A stretch of DNA of 64,000 bases from Candidatus Latescibacterota bacterium (GCA_965261395.1 OZ253462.1:5440001-5504000); one strand, 5' to 3'. Shown: positions 1 to 9,555, counted from the first letter of the stretch. Numbers and translations are program-made. Notes: generated by a model from the sequence alone, not told the origin.

Positions 1-758
1 AGGGTCCCGAAATTGACGGGCGCGCCCAAGTCGATGACCTCAGAGCGATATTCGCCCCGGGGCACGAAGCCTTCGCCGTAGAGTTCGATTTCGGCGATCT
101 CAAAGGGATTGGTGGCCGTGATACGCAGTAGGATATAGCGAACGAAATCGAGTTCAAACTCGACGACCGAAACGCTGTCGCGGGAGAATTCCACTCTCTT
201 TATGGGGTCACCGTAGATCGGCTGCCCGTCAGTGCCAAAGCTCAGGCCGTCGTTGACATAGAGTTCGTAGCCGCGGATATAGTCTGACCACAGCGGCTTG
301 CCGCTGGAATCTAAGCCCGTGAGCCTTGGGTAAAAGACGATCCGGTTCAGGGGAAAGCGGCTGCCCAAATCGAGGAAGAAGCGCTTGCCGGCTTGGCTGG
401 AGCCAAAGACCTTGAAGCGATCTTCAGTAGAAGTATTGGGGTCGCCATCGACGATGGGGAGATCCGATTTTTTGAGTGGGTAATTGTTCCAGATGCGGGC
501 ATTGGAGCGGATGATGTCGAAGCCATCGCGCGGGATGCCATCGACCCAAGAGAGCGTGGAGGTGATGTTTTCCCCCGGCCGAAAGCCAGCGATCTGGATG
601 GCGTTGGGCACATCGAAATCAATGGCCGTAGAAGCCTCTGCCACGGATTTCCAGTTCCGCCCGCCGTCGTTTATTTGCCACAGCGTCACCTCAGCGCGGG
701 CCGCGCTCCCAAGGCTCAGCATCAGAACTGGCAGGCAGATTAAATGGCGTAGTCGCAT
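1..758 (-). CDS. Partial (runs off left edge) secreted protein of the discoidin-like/FlgD-CTD paralog family
   Basis: Not in ORF track. Manual reverse translation from ATG at 758 gives MRLRHLICLPVLMLSLGSAARAE (signal peptide)...DGDPNTST...FFLDLGSRFPLNRIVFYPR...FEIAEIELYGEGFVP...VIDLG, the same motifs as the eight complete paralogs. Confidence 0.9.
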   Translation of the reverse strand, partial: MRLRHLICLPVLMLSLGSAARAEVTLWQINDGGRNWKSVAEASTAIDFDVPNAIQIAGFRPGENITSTLSWVDGIPRDGFDIIRSNARIWNNYPLKKSDLPIVDGDPNTSTEDRFKVFGSSQAGKRFFLDLGSRFPLNRIVFYPRLTGLDSSGKPLWSDYIRGYELYVNDGLSFGTDGQPIYGDPIKRVEFSRDSVSVVEFELDFVRYILLRITATNPFEIAEIELYGEGFVPRGEYRSEVIDLGAPVNFGT

Positions 759-846
759 TATCTTTTGCTTGGGCGCTGGGCCTTCGGCCGGTAAATTTGC
801 CAAAAGCCACCACCCCAAACGACGAGGATGCCCGCCGCCGACCACC

Positions 847-2163
847 ATGGACCATTGCAAACGAGATAATCGCCTCGGCCGGTATGCTGCTTTTGGGTTG
901 CCGCTAGGGGCTGTGCTCTGCCTTGGACTTTTGTCGTTCGATTCAGACATCTATGGCCACATTCGGTTGCGCTGGAGTTTGTGGGGAGCCGGTTTGCTGC
1001 TCCTCGTCTGGCAGGGATGGCTTTGCGCCGCCGGACGCAAGCCGACGATAGGTCTGCGCGTTGTTAAGGCCCACTACGTACAAGCGCTGATCCAGCTTTG
1101 CATCTACTTGTACTGGGGTTGGTACTGGCCGCCGGTCTATGAGATGGCCCAGTTGATTGCAGCGCAGATCGCATTTGCCTACGGCTTTGATGCGTTGCTC
1201 TGCTGGTCGAGAAGGCAAGAGTGGCACCTAGGCTTTCGCCCCTTCCCCATCGTGTTGAGCATGAACTTGTTCATATGGTTCAAATTCGACTGGTTCGCAT
1301 TGCAGTTTCTGATGGTGGCCACAAGCCTCGTGGGCAAGGAGTTTTTTACCTGGTGCAGGAACGGACGCTCGACGCATATATTCAACCCCTCTGGCTTTGC
1401 GCTCACCGCCTTTTCCATCGCCTTGCTAGCCACTGGCAACACCGATCTTACCTGCGGTGAGGCAATCGCCAAAACCCTAGCCGAACCCGAGTACATCTAC
1501 GTCGTGGTGTTCGCGCTCGGGCTAGTGGTCCAATGCCTCTTTTCGGTCGTGCTAATGACCTTGGCCGCGGTGGTCGCCCTGTATGTATTAAGCTCTACCT
1601 ATGGTGCCTTTTTTGGCTTTTCGTACTTCGCGGACACCAGCATTCCCATTGGAATTTTCATCGGGCTGCACCTGCTGATGACCGATCCGGCGACTTCACC
1701 CAAGTCGGGTTTGGGGCGGTTGATCTTCGGCGCACTGTACGGCACCTGCGCCTTCGCGCTATACGGACTGCTTGGTTGGCTGGAGCAGCCGACGTTTTAC
1801 GACAAGCTCCTCTGCCTACCCTTGCTCAACTTGGCGGTTCGCGCTTTCGACCGCTGCCGCTTGCCTGCGATAGAACGTTTGCGGCGCGCCCTGAGAACCA
1901 ACGCAGTTCAGATCGGCGCGTGGACGGTGTTTTTCTTGTTTTTGCACTCGACGAGTTTCATCGGCAAAAAAAACCAAGAGGGGCTGGCGTTCTGGCGCGG
2001 GGCCGTGGCGCATGGCGTTTCCGCGCTCGCAGACGCCTTGAGCCCAAGCGGCGACGAAGCGCTTAGGGCGCAGAGCGAATACCGAAGACAACTCGGCGCG
2101 ACGAACCTCTTGGCGCAAACAAAGCGGCCCGCAACACATTGCGGTTGCGGGCCGGAGGACTAA
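847..2163 (+). CDS. UnbU-like / NQR2-RnfD family polytopic membrane protein
   Basis: Many TM segments with HIFNPS and MTDPATSP motifs. Start moved to ATG 847 because the track's 484 start overlaps the minus-strand gene. Confidence 0.7.
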   Translation: MDHCKRDNRLGRYAAFGLPLGAVLCLGLLSFDSDIYGHIRLRWSLWGAGLLLLVWQGWLCAAGRKPTIGLRVVKAHYVQALIQLCIYLYWGWYWPPVYEMAQLIAAQIAFAYGFDALLCWSRRQEWHLGFRPFPIVLSMNLFIWFKFDWFALQFLMVATSLVGKEFFTWCRNGRSTHIFNPSGFALTAFSIALLATGNTDLTCGEAIAKTLAEPEYIYVVVFALGLVVQCLFSVVLMTLAAVVALYVLSSTYGAFFGFSYFADTSIPIGIFIGLHLLMTDPATSPKSGLGRLIFGALYGTCAFALYGLLGWLEQPTFYDKLLCLPLLNLAVRAFDRCRLPAIERLRRALRTNAVQIGAWTVFFLFLHSTSFIGKKNQEGLAFWRGAVAHGVSALADALSPSGDEALRAQSEYRRQLGATNLLAQTKRPATHCGCGPED

Positions 2164-2199
2164 GCGGTCTGCTCATCGACCGTCCTATCTGTGCTGGCT

Positions 2200-3105
2200 T
2201 CAGCGGTTGATGTGGCTCTTGATTCTTCCCCAAGTAGTATGTTCCACAGCGGTAGCGCTGCCCTCTTCCCAACTGACGTAGGGATCGGCCATGTCCGTGG
2301 GCACCAGCAAATAGTCTGGGCAATGGTCGCCTTCGCGGTCGCACTCGTAGCTGCCGCCAACCTGCCCCCACAAATCCTGCTCGCCATTGGCTTCGCGGTC
2401 GCCGTCGTCAAAGCGGGCGTTGAAGTGGATGACCTGCTCGGGCTCCAAAACGTGCGGCGTGCTGGTTTGCGGGCCTTCAACTCCGTAGATGTCCCAGAGG
2501 TGAGTCCGCACCTCAAAGGTGTACTCGACGTTGGTCGCCCACGTAACCGAACCGGCCGGCAGGATGGTCGAAGCAGCGAAGGTGTACGGCTCTTCGCCTC
2601 CCCAGTTCACAGGCCCCTGTTCCGCGTCAAACGGGGGTGCTTCGCCCCCGCCGCCTAGCGGATGAAAACCAAGGCGATAGCCGTTGATGAACTCGGATAG
2701 ATAATTACCCGAAGCGTGATCGGCGTCGATCTGGAGCTGCAAGTAATCGTCGTTCCACCAATTCCCCTTTTCCTCTAGGGCACGCAGCGTGTCGTCTTGA
2801 GCGCGGGCGAAGAAGTACAGGGCATTGTCCGGCGGCGGACTCCAAGCGACGAAGAAGCTAACGCTGAAGTCTTCTGGATTGGGGTTCGGGCCTTGGTCCA
2901 GATGCTCGCCGAGCAAGGACTCAATCTGTTCGGGCTTGACGCCAAAGGAATCGGTGTCGTACCAACCCCAATCGTCTTCCTCGCCATCGAGGACAAAGGT
3001 GGTCGGATCGGGCCAAGCGGGAATGAAGTTGGTCATGCCGTTGTGGGCAACGATCGGGCTGACCATAACAAATGCCAACATCAGACCGAGGAGGGTGCGT
3101 AGCAT
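2200..3105 (-). CDS. Secreted acidic CBM9/DOMON-like protein with C-terminal TAVEHTTWGRIK tail
   Basis: Signal peptide, LDGEEDDW, DYLQLQIDADH, FDDGD motifs, AAGGAG RBS; paralog at 43780-44670. Confidence 0.7.
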   Translation of the reverse strand: MLRTLLGLMLAFVMVSPIVAHNGMTNFIPAWPDPTTFVLDGEEDDWGWYDTDSFGVKPEQIESLLGEHLDQGPNPNPEDFSVSFFVAWSPPPDNALYFFARAQDDTLRALEEKGNWWNDDYLQLQIDADHASGNYLSEFINGYRLGFHPLGGGGEAPPFDAEQGPVNWGGEEPYTFAASTILPAGSVTWATNVEYTFEVRTHLWDIYGVEGPQTSTPHVLEPEQVIHFNARFDDGDREANGEQDLWGQVGGSYECDREGDHCPDYLLVPTDMADPYVSWEEGSATAVEHTTWGRIKSHINR

Positions 3106-3284
3106 CGTGATCTCCTTTATTGTGGTAGTGGAAAGAGATGGTCAACTGTTGAATTTTACATCGCGGGCGATTGCAATTCAACGCGCTACTAATTGCTGCG
3201 GCCTCCTTTTTTGGGGGTGGGGATTCTACTTGCTAACTTCGTCTTTAACTTTAGTCACGCCTTGTATCACGCCGCATTTTTCAT

Positions 3285-3313
3285 TAAGTACGGATGTCGT
3301 AGCCTTTTGTCAA
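3285..3313 (-). promoter_or_regulatory. Putative sigma70 promoter for the 2200-3105 gene
   Basis: Minus strand TTGACA (3313-3308), 17 nt, TACTTA (3290-3285) in an AT-rich divergent intergenic region. Confidence 0.5.
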
Positions 3314-3356
3314 CATTTATTTGTTCGTGCTACATCAATAGAAAAGAGAGGCGGCT

Positions 3357-4589
3357 GTGGACAAGATCAGACTGGCATTGGTCGGCTGCGGGGGCATGGG
3401 AACGCGGCATCTATACGGCCTAGGAGAACTCGCCAAAACCCCGTTTGACAATGTAGACCTCGTCGCCGTATGCGACATCCGGCGCGACAACGCCGAGCTG
3501 GCGGCCGCAGAAGCCGAAAAGCTCGTGGGCCAGCGGCCCGCCGTGTTCACCGACCTCGAAACCATGCACCGCGAAGTCGCCGACCTCATGGCCGTGGATG
3601 TGGTGGTGGACCCGTCGGTACATCACGCCGTGGTCTGCCAAGCGCTCGATCAGGGGCTGCACGTGATGGTGGAAAAGCCCATGGCCATTACCATCAAGGG
3701 CTGTCAGCAGATGATCGACGCCGCCAAGCGCAACAAGCGCATCCTATCGGTGGCGGAAAATTACCGCCGCGACCCCTCATCGCGGCTGGTGCATCACCTG
3801 CTGGAACAAGGGGCCATTGGCCGCCCCTACATGGCCATCTTCCACTCGCTGGCCCCGCACCGCGAAGTGTTTATCACACCTTGGCGGCACATGAAGGATC
3901 GGGGTGGGCTACTGCTGGATCTGGGCGTCCATTTCACCGACATGATTCGCTACCAACTCGGGGACATCAAGGAAGCCTACGGGGCCGTCGAGCTAGCCTC
4001 GCCCGTGCGCCACAAGCCCGAGGCCGTCAACTCGCCCTATGAGTTTTACCAAACCCGCTTCGCCGAAATGGAGCAGCAAGTCCACGCCACGGCCGAAGAC
4101 ACCTCTATGGCGATGTTTAGGATGGAAAGCGGCATCGCGGTCAACTGGGTGGTGGGCCTGGGGGGATACGGCTCTTGCGGTGGTGAGATCATCTTCGGAT
4201 CCGAGGGCGTGATGCAGGGGTTTGGCACGCGCGGCGCTAGGGCGTGCTTACAAAGGGCCGACGGCACAACGCTCGACCACGCCGCGCTCGTGGCTGGCGC
4301 AGAGGAGTTCGCCCTAGAGCCACTGGCTGAGCACTTTTTCCCCGCGCGGGTCGCCGACCAAGACATCGACTGGAAACTATTGGCGCTAGAGTACTTTGAA
4401 CTGGCCGAGGCCATTCTCAACGGACGGGAAATCGAGGTGGACGGGACAGAGGGCCTAAAAGACGTGGCCGCGGTGTACGCAGTTTTCGAGTCGAGCCGGC
4501 TGGGCCGGACGGTGCAGCTAAGCGAGGTGGAAAGCGGGGCTGTCTATGAGTACCAAGCCGAAATCGACGCGGCACTGGGCATAGGCTAA
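3357..4589 (+). CDS. Gfo/Idh/MocA family oxidoreductase
   Basis: GCGGMG Rossmann motif, VEKPMA, GGLLLDLGVHFTD. Confidence 0.93.
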   Translation: MDKIRLALVGCGGMGTRHLYGLGELAKTPFDNVDLVAVCDIRRDNAELAAAEAEKLVGQRPAVFTDLETMHREVADLMAVDVVVDPSVHHAVVCQALDQGLHVMVEKPMAITIKGCQQMIDAAKRNKRILSVAENYRRDPSSRLVHHLLEQGAIGRPYMAIFHSLAPHREVFITPWRHMKDRGGLLLDLGVHFTDMIRYQLGDIKEAYGAVELASPVRHKPEAVNSPYEFYQTRFAEMEQQVHATAEDTSMAMFRMESGIAVNWVVGLGGYGSCGGEIIFGSEGVMQGFGTRGARACLQRADGTTLDHAALVAGAEEFALEPLAEHFFPARVADQDIDWKLLALEYFELAEAILNGREIEVDGTEGLKDVAAVYAVFESSRLGRTVQLSEVESGAVYEYQAEIDAALGIG

Positions 4590-4601
4590 CAGGAGGCCGA
4601 C

Positions 4602-4744
4602 ATGAACAAACTCACCGACAAGGTCGCGCTAGTGACCGGTGCCGGCCACAGGACTGCGCCAAGGTCGTGGAATTTTTGGCGACCGACCTCTCGGATTACG
4701 TGACCGGCCAGTGCATTTCCGTCTGCGGCGGGATCGCGATTTGA
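4602..4744 (+). pseudogene. SDR oxidoreductase remnant with large internal deletion
   Basis: AGGAGG RBS at 4591; MNKLTDKVALVTGAGH is joined out of frame to DCAKVVEFLATDLSDYVTGQCISVCGGIAI-stop; only 143 bp. Confidence 0.85.
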
Positions 4745-4763
4745 CGCGGGGCCTAGTCTATCA

Positions 4764-5927
4764 CTACTCGGCCTGTAGACGTTCCTTAACCTCGTCAAAG
4801 AACGTCTTAAAGGAGCCTGTGGGAGCGTGTTCCCAACGATCGAAGGTAGCTTGCAGGGCTTCTAGCCAATGCTCTTGTGGCAGGCTTTGCACCGCTAAGC
4901 AAACGTAATAGGCATCGGTCAACGCCAAACCCCGCCGTCCATCCACGAGGGCTTGCTCCATGCGCTCGATCCATGGAGCCATCGCAGGCAAGGCTTCGAC
5001 GCACTTTGCCTTGTGCTGGACAAAGTTGGCCAAGTGCTTGACCAAGCTCCGGCTAACGTCGTGCCGCTTTGCTGCGCCGGATACGTCGCCAAGGTCCAGC
5101 TCTCCCCTGTGATACAATTCCAACAACTGCTGGGTGAGTGTGGGTTGCTTTACAGCAAGGGTCGATTGCCGGGCGCTGCGCAAGCCGCTGGTGAGGGCCG
5201 ACATATCGTGGCAGCAATTGAGCCAGCGCGTGCCTTTGGCGACCACGCGGCGCATGGACGCGCCCGGGCCGACGGCCGTGCCCATGGCCTTGCCGCTGGC
5301 GGCGCAAGCTGCACCCACGCGGTCGAAGGCCGCCAGCACGCGCTTGTGGTCTATGTGGGGGACGCCAGCGCGCTCGACTCCATAGCTGTGCGCCAAGTCG
5401 CTCGGCCCCACGAAGAGCAGGTCGATGCCGTCCACCGCGGCAATCGCTTCTACGACCTCCACGCCCTCGGCGTCTTCGATCATCACGCCGAGTAGGGTCT
5501 CGGCATCGGCCCCTTCCAAGTACTCGGCGGGGTCCAGCGTCCCGTAGTCCGAATCCCGGCCACAGCCCATGCCGCGCAAACCCAGCGGCCGGAACTTGGC
5601 CATCCGCACGAAGGCCCGCGCTTCGTCGGCGCTCTTGCAATGGGGCCAAACCAATCCCCCGGCCCCTAACTCCAGCGGCTTGATCACTTGGTTGTACGGC
5701 CCCTGGGGGATGCGGACCACCAAATCGACCCCCGTGGCCCGCGCCGCCAAAATCAGATGCGAAAGCGCGTCCAGCCCCAGATGGGAATGCTCCATGTCGA
5801 TCCAGACGCAGCCAAAGCCCGCTTGAGCCGCGAGCTCGACTACCACTGGGTCGAAGATCCGGTTGATTTCGACTACTTCTATAGTCGCCCCTCCAAGCAG
5901 GGCGGCCTTGGTCTGATTGATTTTCAC
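4764..5927 (-). CDS. HpcH/HpaI aldolase with ~130-aa C-terminal extension
   Basis: WIDMEH, VVRIP, PLGLRG, MIED, FVGPSDL; 4-bp overlap with the upstream LLM gene. Confidence 0.88.
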   Translation of the reverse strand: MKINQTKAALLGGATIEVVEINRIFDPVVVELAAQAGFGCVWIDMEHSHLGLDALSHLILAARATGVDLVVRIPQGPYNQVIKPLELGAGGLVWPHCKSADEARAFVRMAKFRPLGLRGMGCGRDSDYGTLDPAEYLEGADAETLLGVMIEDAEGVEVVEAIAAVDGIDLLFVGPSDLAHSYGVERAGVPHIDHKRVLAAFDRVGAACAASGKAMGTAVGPGASMRRVVAKGTRWLNCCHDMSALTSGLRSARQSTLAVKQPTLTQQLLELYHRGELDLGDVSGAAKRHDVSRSLVKHLANFVQHKAKCVEALPAMAPWIERMEQALVDGRRGLALTDAYYVCLAVQSLPQEHWLEALQATFDRWEHAPTGSFKTFFDEVKERLQAE

Positions 5928-7075
5928 GATGCCTCCTCAAATTGTGGCAACACGTCGCGGCCAAACCACTCGATGGTTTGCCGGATCGCCTCCGGTGGGA
6001 TACCTAGCGCCCCAGCACCAATAGTCACGCGCTCCAAGCCGGGCAATTGCGCTTGAATTTCGGCGATCCGTGCGGCCACGTATTCGGGCGGCCCGCAGAG
6101 CCAAGCGCCATCGCGCACCAAGTCGCGCACCGTCGGTAAGCCGGCCTGCGCCGCGGCCACCCCGTCGTACGTAGCCGCGATTTGCGCCTCCGTCAGCGTC
6201 GGCATCCGGCCCAAGGGGGCCAGTACCTTGAGCTGTTCCTCAAACCAAACCCCAGCCTCGCGGATCGCCTGCTCTTGGGTGTCGGCTAGGTGAACTTGTA
6301 GCACCAAGGCCAACCCTGCGCCCAATTCGGCGTCGCGGCCCGCATTGGCCAGCCCATCGCGCCAGCGCTCGGCGATTTCCACCGCCCGCCCACCGCCGGG
6401 CACCACGCCCTTGATTCCGTGCTGAATCATAAAGGCAATGCCGCGCGGGTTGGCGCTGAAGATCGGCTGCCAGCACTCGACCGGCCGATTGCGCGGCCGC
6501 GGCACTAAGGTGATCTCCTCGACCGTACCTCGGCGATGCGCGACCTTAGCCGGCAATTCGTAGTGCGGGCCGCGATGGGCAAACGACGGCTCGTTCCACG
6601 CTTTGAAGAGGATCTCGACTTGCTCCTCAAAGAGGGCGCGGTTGGCCGAATCGCCTTCGAGCGGCGCGCCCAAAGTGGCCAACTCGCGTCCGATGTAGCC
6701 GCGGCCAATGCCAAAGCGGAAGCGGCCCTCGGTGAGGATATCGGCGAGGGCAAAGTCCTCGGCCAGCCGCAGCGGATGCCAAGTCGGCACAGTGTTGAAC
6801 ATGCTGCCCAAGCAGAGCCGTTGCGTGTGCTGGGCCAAATAGACGGCCAGCATCGGGATGTTGGGGATGCCGCCGTAGCCTTCGCGCTGGAAGTGGTGCT
6901 CTGCCAACCACAGAGTATCGTAGCCGGCCGCGTCCATCAGTTGCGCCATGGCGCGGGCTTCGGCAAAGACCGAGGCGAGGTGCTCGTCCGTCTCGATCCG
7001 CTCATCCACCGACCGACCGGCAAATCCCAGATCGTCCATGGCGACGTGCCCGCCGTAAAAGTAGTCAAATTTCAC
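5924..7075 (-). CDS. LLM-class (luciferase-like) flavin-dependent monooxygenase
   Basis: WLAEHHF, HPLRLAEDFA, GRFRFGIGRGY; GTG start. Confidence 0.92.
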   Translation of the reverse strand: MKFDYFYGGHVAMDDLGFAGRSVDERIETDEHLASVFAEARAMAQLMDAAGYDTLWLAEHHFQREGYGGIPNIPMLAVYLAQHTQRLCLGSMFNTVPTWHPLRLAEDFALADILTEGRFRFGIGRGYIGRELATLGAPLEGDSANRALFEEQVEILFKAWNEPSFAHRGPHYELPAKVAHRRGTVEEITLVPRPRNRPVECWQPIFSANPRGIAFMIQHGIKGVVPGGGRAVEIAERWRDGLANAGRDAELGAGLALVLQVHLADTQEQAIREAGVWFEEQLKVLAPLGRMPTLTEAQIAATYDGVAAAQAGLPTVRDLVRDGAWLCGPPEYVAARIAEIQAQLPGLERVTIGAGALGIPPEAIRQTIEWFGRDVLPQFEEAS

Positions 7076-7171
7076 GGGTTCTCCCCTCTTTCACCTACTC
7101 GCTTTCGCAGCGAGGTTTTTCTATATTGGCCCACCTGTCAACGCCCATTGTAAAACCACAGGAGACCTGTT

Positions 7172-7903
7172 ATGGCAGCAAATGGACCCGTTCCCACCGC
7201 TCGCGCCCAAGGCCGCGGCCCAACCATCTGGCTGGCCGGCTCGCCCGACGAGCTAAAGGAGTGGATGCCCCTCGGGATCACCGGAATCGTCACCAACACG
7301 GTGGTGCTCAACCTATACGCCAAACAATGCGGCTCGGTCATCAGCCTGATAGAGCAATATCTCGCGCTCACCGACAAGCCCATAGTAGTGGAAATCGACG
7401 GTCATTGCGTTGAAGAGCTGCTAGAAGTCGGGCAAGTTTTCACCAACATGTCGGAGCAGATCATCCTCAAGATCCCCTGCAACGTCAACGGACTCAAGGC
7501 ATTTAGCATCCTCAAGGACCGTGGCGTCGAGACCTTCTGCACCACGGTGTTCTCGCTGACGCAAGCCGTGGCCGTGGCCCAAGCCGGGGTTGACCACATC
7601 CTGCCGTTCTGCGAGCCGGTCAAAGAAGTGGGCGGCGACCCGACCAAGCTGATCCGCGAGTGCGCCCAGATGTTCAACGGCTGGGGCCAGCGCCCCTTCA
7701 TTATGGCCGCCCTCATCCGCTCGGTGGAGACCGCGCACGCCGCTTTCCTCGACGGGGCCGACGAACTGGTCACCATGTGGACGGTGTACCGCGACATGAT
7801 GGACCACCCGCTAACCGCGCAGTGGAACAAGACCTTTATGGACGAGTGGGTCGATATGCACCAGAGCGGCTTGTTGGAGGGAGTGCCGGTCCGGTCTCAT
7901 TGA
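7172..7903 (+). CDS. Transaldolase / fructose-6-phosphate aldolase family protein (divergent)
   Basis: GIVTNT, ILKIP Schiff-base Lys, TTVFS, AALIRS, HPLT; AGGAG RBS. Confidence 0.85.
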   Translation: MAANGPVPTARAQGRGPTIWLAGSPDELKEWMPLGITGIVTNTVVLNLYAKQCGSVISLIEQYLALTDKPIVVEIDGHCVEELLEVGQVFTNMSEQIILKIPCNVNGLKAFSILKDRGVETFCTTVFSLTQAVAVAQAGVDHILPFCEPVKEVGGDPTKLIRECAQMFNGWGQRPFIMAALIRSVETAHAAFLDGADELVTMWTVYRDMMDHPLTAQWNKTFMDEWVDMHQSGLLEGVPVRSH

Positions 7904-8685
7904 CCGCGCGCGGCCGGGATCTGGCCCAGCAATTCGCTCCAGGCCACGCCCAGATCCATCACATCCCCGCCGCAGATTACCAAGTCGCAGCCCGCGTCCA
8001 TGGCGGCCGTAAGCAGGGGCCCCGGCAAGGTGAAGATGCCACTCAGCTTGCCGGCGGCCCGCGCCTTGGCCAAGCACGAGAGCACGGCCTCGCGCAGACG
8101 GGGATCGCCCATCTGGCCGGTACAGCCCATATCGACCGCTAGGTCCCCCGGCCCCATGAAGATCCCGGAGAGGCCCTCTACGGCGAGTATTTCATCGACA
8201 TTCGCCACGGCCTCTACAGTCTCAATCTGGGCAAAGAGGTGGGTGCGCGCATTGGCGCGGGCTAGGGCGTCGGGCAGGTTTTCCAGCCCAAAACCCATGC
8301 CGCGCGTGCGCACGTTGAAGCCGCGCCGGCCCAACGGCGGATACTTGCCCACCTCGACGATGCGGCGCGCGTAGGCCGCATCGTCCACCATGGGGACGAG
8401 AATGATCCGCGCCCCGATTTCGAGCGCTCGCAGCACGTGGTGGCGCTCGCCATCGGGCAAGCGAATGAGCGGGAACATGCCGCCGGCCTCCGCGGCCAAG
8501 CACAAGGTCTCAGCCCGCTCAAAGCCGACCGGGCCGTGTTCGCTTTCGATCCACACCGCTTCAAAACCGACCTGCGCCGCCAGCGAGACGAGCAAGGGCG
8601 AGGCGCTATTGACGGTGACGCCGCGGATCCGGCGCGGGCGACCGGCCGGATCTAAGAATACATCATCGGTAATTTTTAAGGTCAT
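7897..8685 (-). CDS. HpcH/HpaI aldolase family protein
   Basis: IESEHG, LIRLP, PPLGRRG, AQIET, GPGDL; start taken at ATG 8685. Confidence 0.9.
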   Translation of the reverse strand: MTLKITDDVFLDPAGRPRRIRGVTVNSASPLLVSLAAQVGFEAVWIESEHGPVGFERAETLCLAAEAGGMFPLIRLPDGERHHVLRALEIGARIILVPMVDDAAYARRIVEVGKYPPLGRRGFNVRTRGMGFGLENLPDALARANARTHLFAQIETVEAVANVDEILAVEGLSGIFMGPGDLAVDMGCTGQMGDPRLREAVLSCLAKARAAGKLSGIFTLPGPLLTAAMDAGCDLVICGGDVMDLGVAWSELLGQIPAARGQ

Positions 8686-8779
8686 GGGAGCCGTTTCTCT
8701 TGCTTGAAGTCGCCCCAATATAGGGCTATTTTCCCTACCTCCCAAACGGCCCTATCCCCACTCCAAAGGAGGCCCTATC

Positions 8780-9484
8780 GTGATACCACTAGACTACGGA
8801 CGCTCATTTCTAATCGGCAACGACCCGGAAAACGAAGTGCGGTTCTGGGTCGAGTCGCGGACGCGCATCATCGACGAAGCCTCCGGCCAGAGCGAGGACT
8901 ACGTGCAGGTGGGGTCGTGCAAGAGCGAGCACACCTTTGCCAAAGAAAACCTCTTGCACGAGGACAACTACGACTTCCTGCCGGTCTTTGGCCCGGAGTG
9001 GTCGGTCGTCTATCGGCGTCACGCCTACCTGCGCGACGGCTATCGAGAAATCCGCCGCTCAGAGGAGCGGTGGAACGGGCAGCAGTACCATCTGATTGTC
9101 GGGAGCGATGTGGAGGAACTGACCAGCGATGCGGCGGTGCGCGAGGCGACCTACGACTCAGTGCCGATCGTAGCCCAAACCCAAGTGCGGAACGAAGAAA
9201 CCGGGTTGCAGGCGATCATGGAATACCCGGTCAAGACCATGAACACCAATCGCGCCAACGACATCTACCAAGTTGACACCGGCCCGGTGGCCTTCCCGGA
9301 CCTGAGCCAGCGCCACGCCCGCCACGTCGATGCCCTATCCCTGGCCTTTGTGGTCTTCAATGCGCCACACTTTGCCGACTTCGTCCTCGAAGCGCCGACC
9401 CGCGTAGGCGACGAGCAGGTGTATCACTATTCCAAGGTGGTGTCCCTAGCGGCAGTAAACAGGCTCTACGCGGTGCGATCTTAG
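8780..9484 (+). CDS. Hypothetical cytoplasmic protein
   Basis: AAGGAGG RBS before GTG, 234-aa ORF with normal composition; no family recognised. Confidence 0.75.
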   Translation: MIPLDYGRSFLIGNDPENEVRFWVESRTRIIDEASGQSEDYVQVGSCKSEHTFAKENLLHEDNYDFLPVFGPEWSVVYRRHAYLRDGYREIRRSEERWNGQQYHLIVGSDVEELTSDAAVREATYDSVPIVAQTQVRNEETGLQAIMEYPVKTMNTNRANDIYQVDTGPVAFPDLSQRHARHVDALSLAFVVFNAPHFADFVLEAPTRVGDEQVYHYSKVVSLAAVNRLYAVRS

Positions 9485-9555
9485 AAGCTATTTGGAAATT
9501 TTGCCAAGATCACTTATTTCAATTTCACTAATGGTCTCATATCAAAGGAGGCACC

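Noticed and set aside
484-846. N-terminal extension of the 559-aa ORF in the track
   Set aside because: It is the antisense of the real minus-strand gene at 1-758; ATG 847 is the plausible start.
847-2163. Enediyne biosynthetic cluster or Rnf/Nqr complex
   Set aside because: No PKS, thioesterase or other rnf/nqr subunits in the window.
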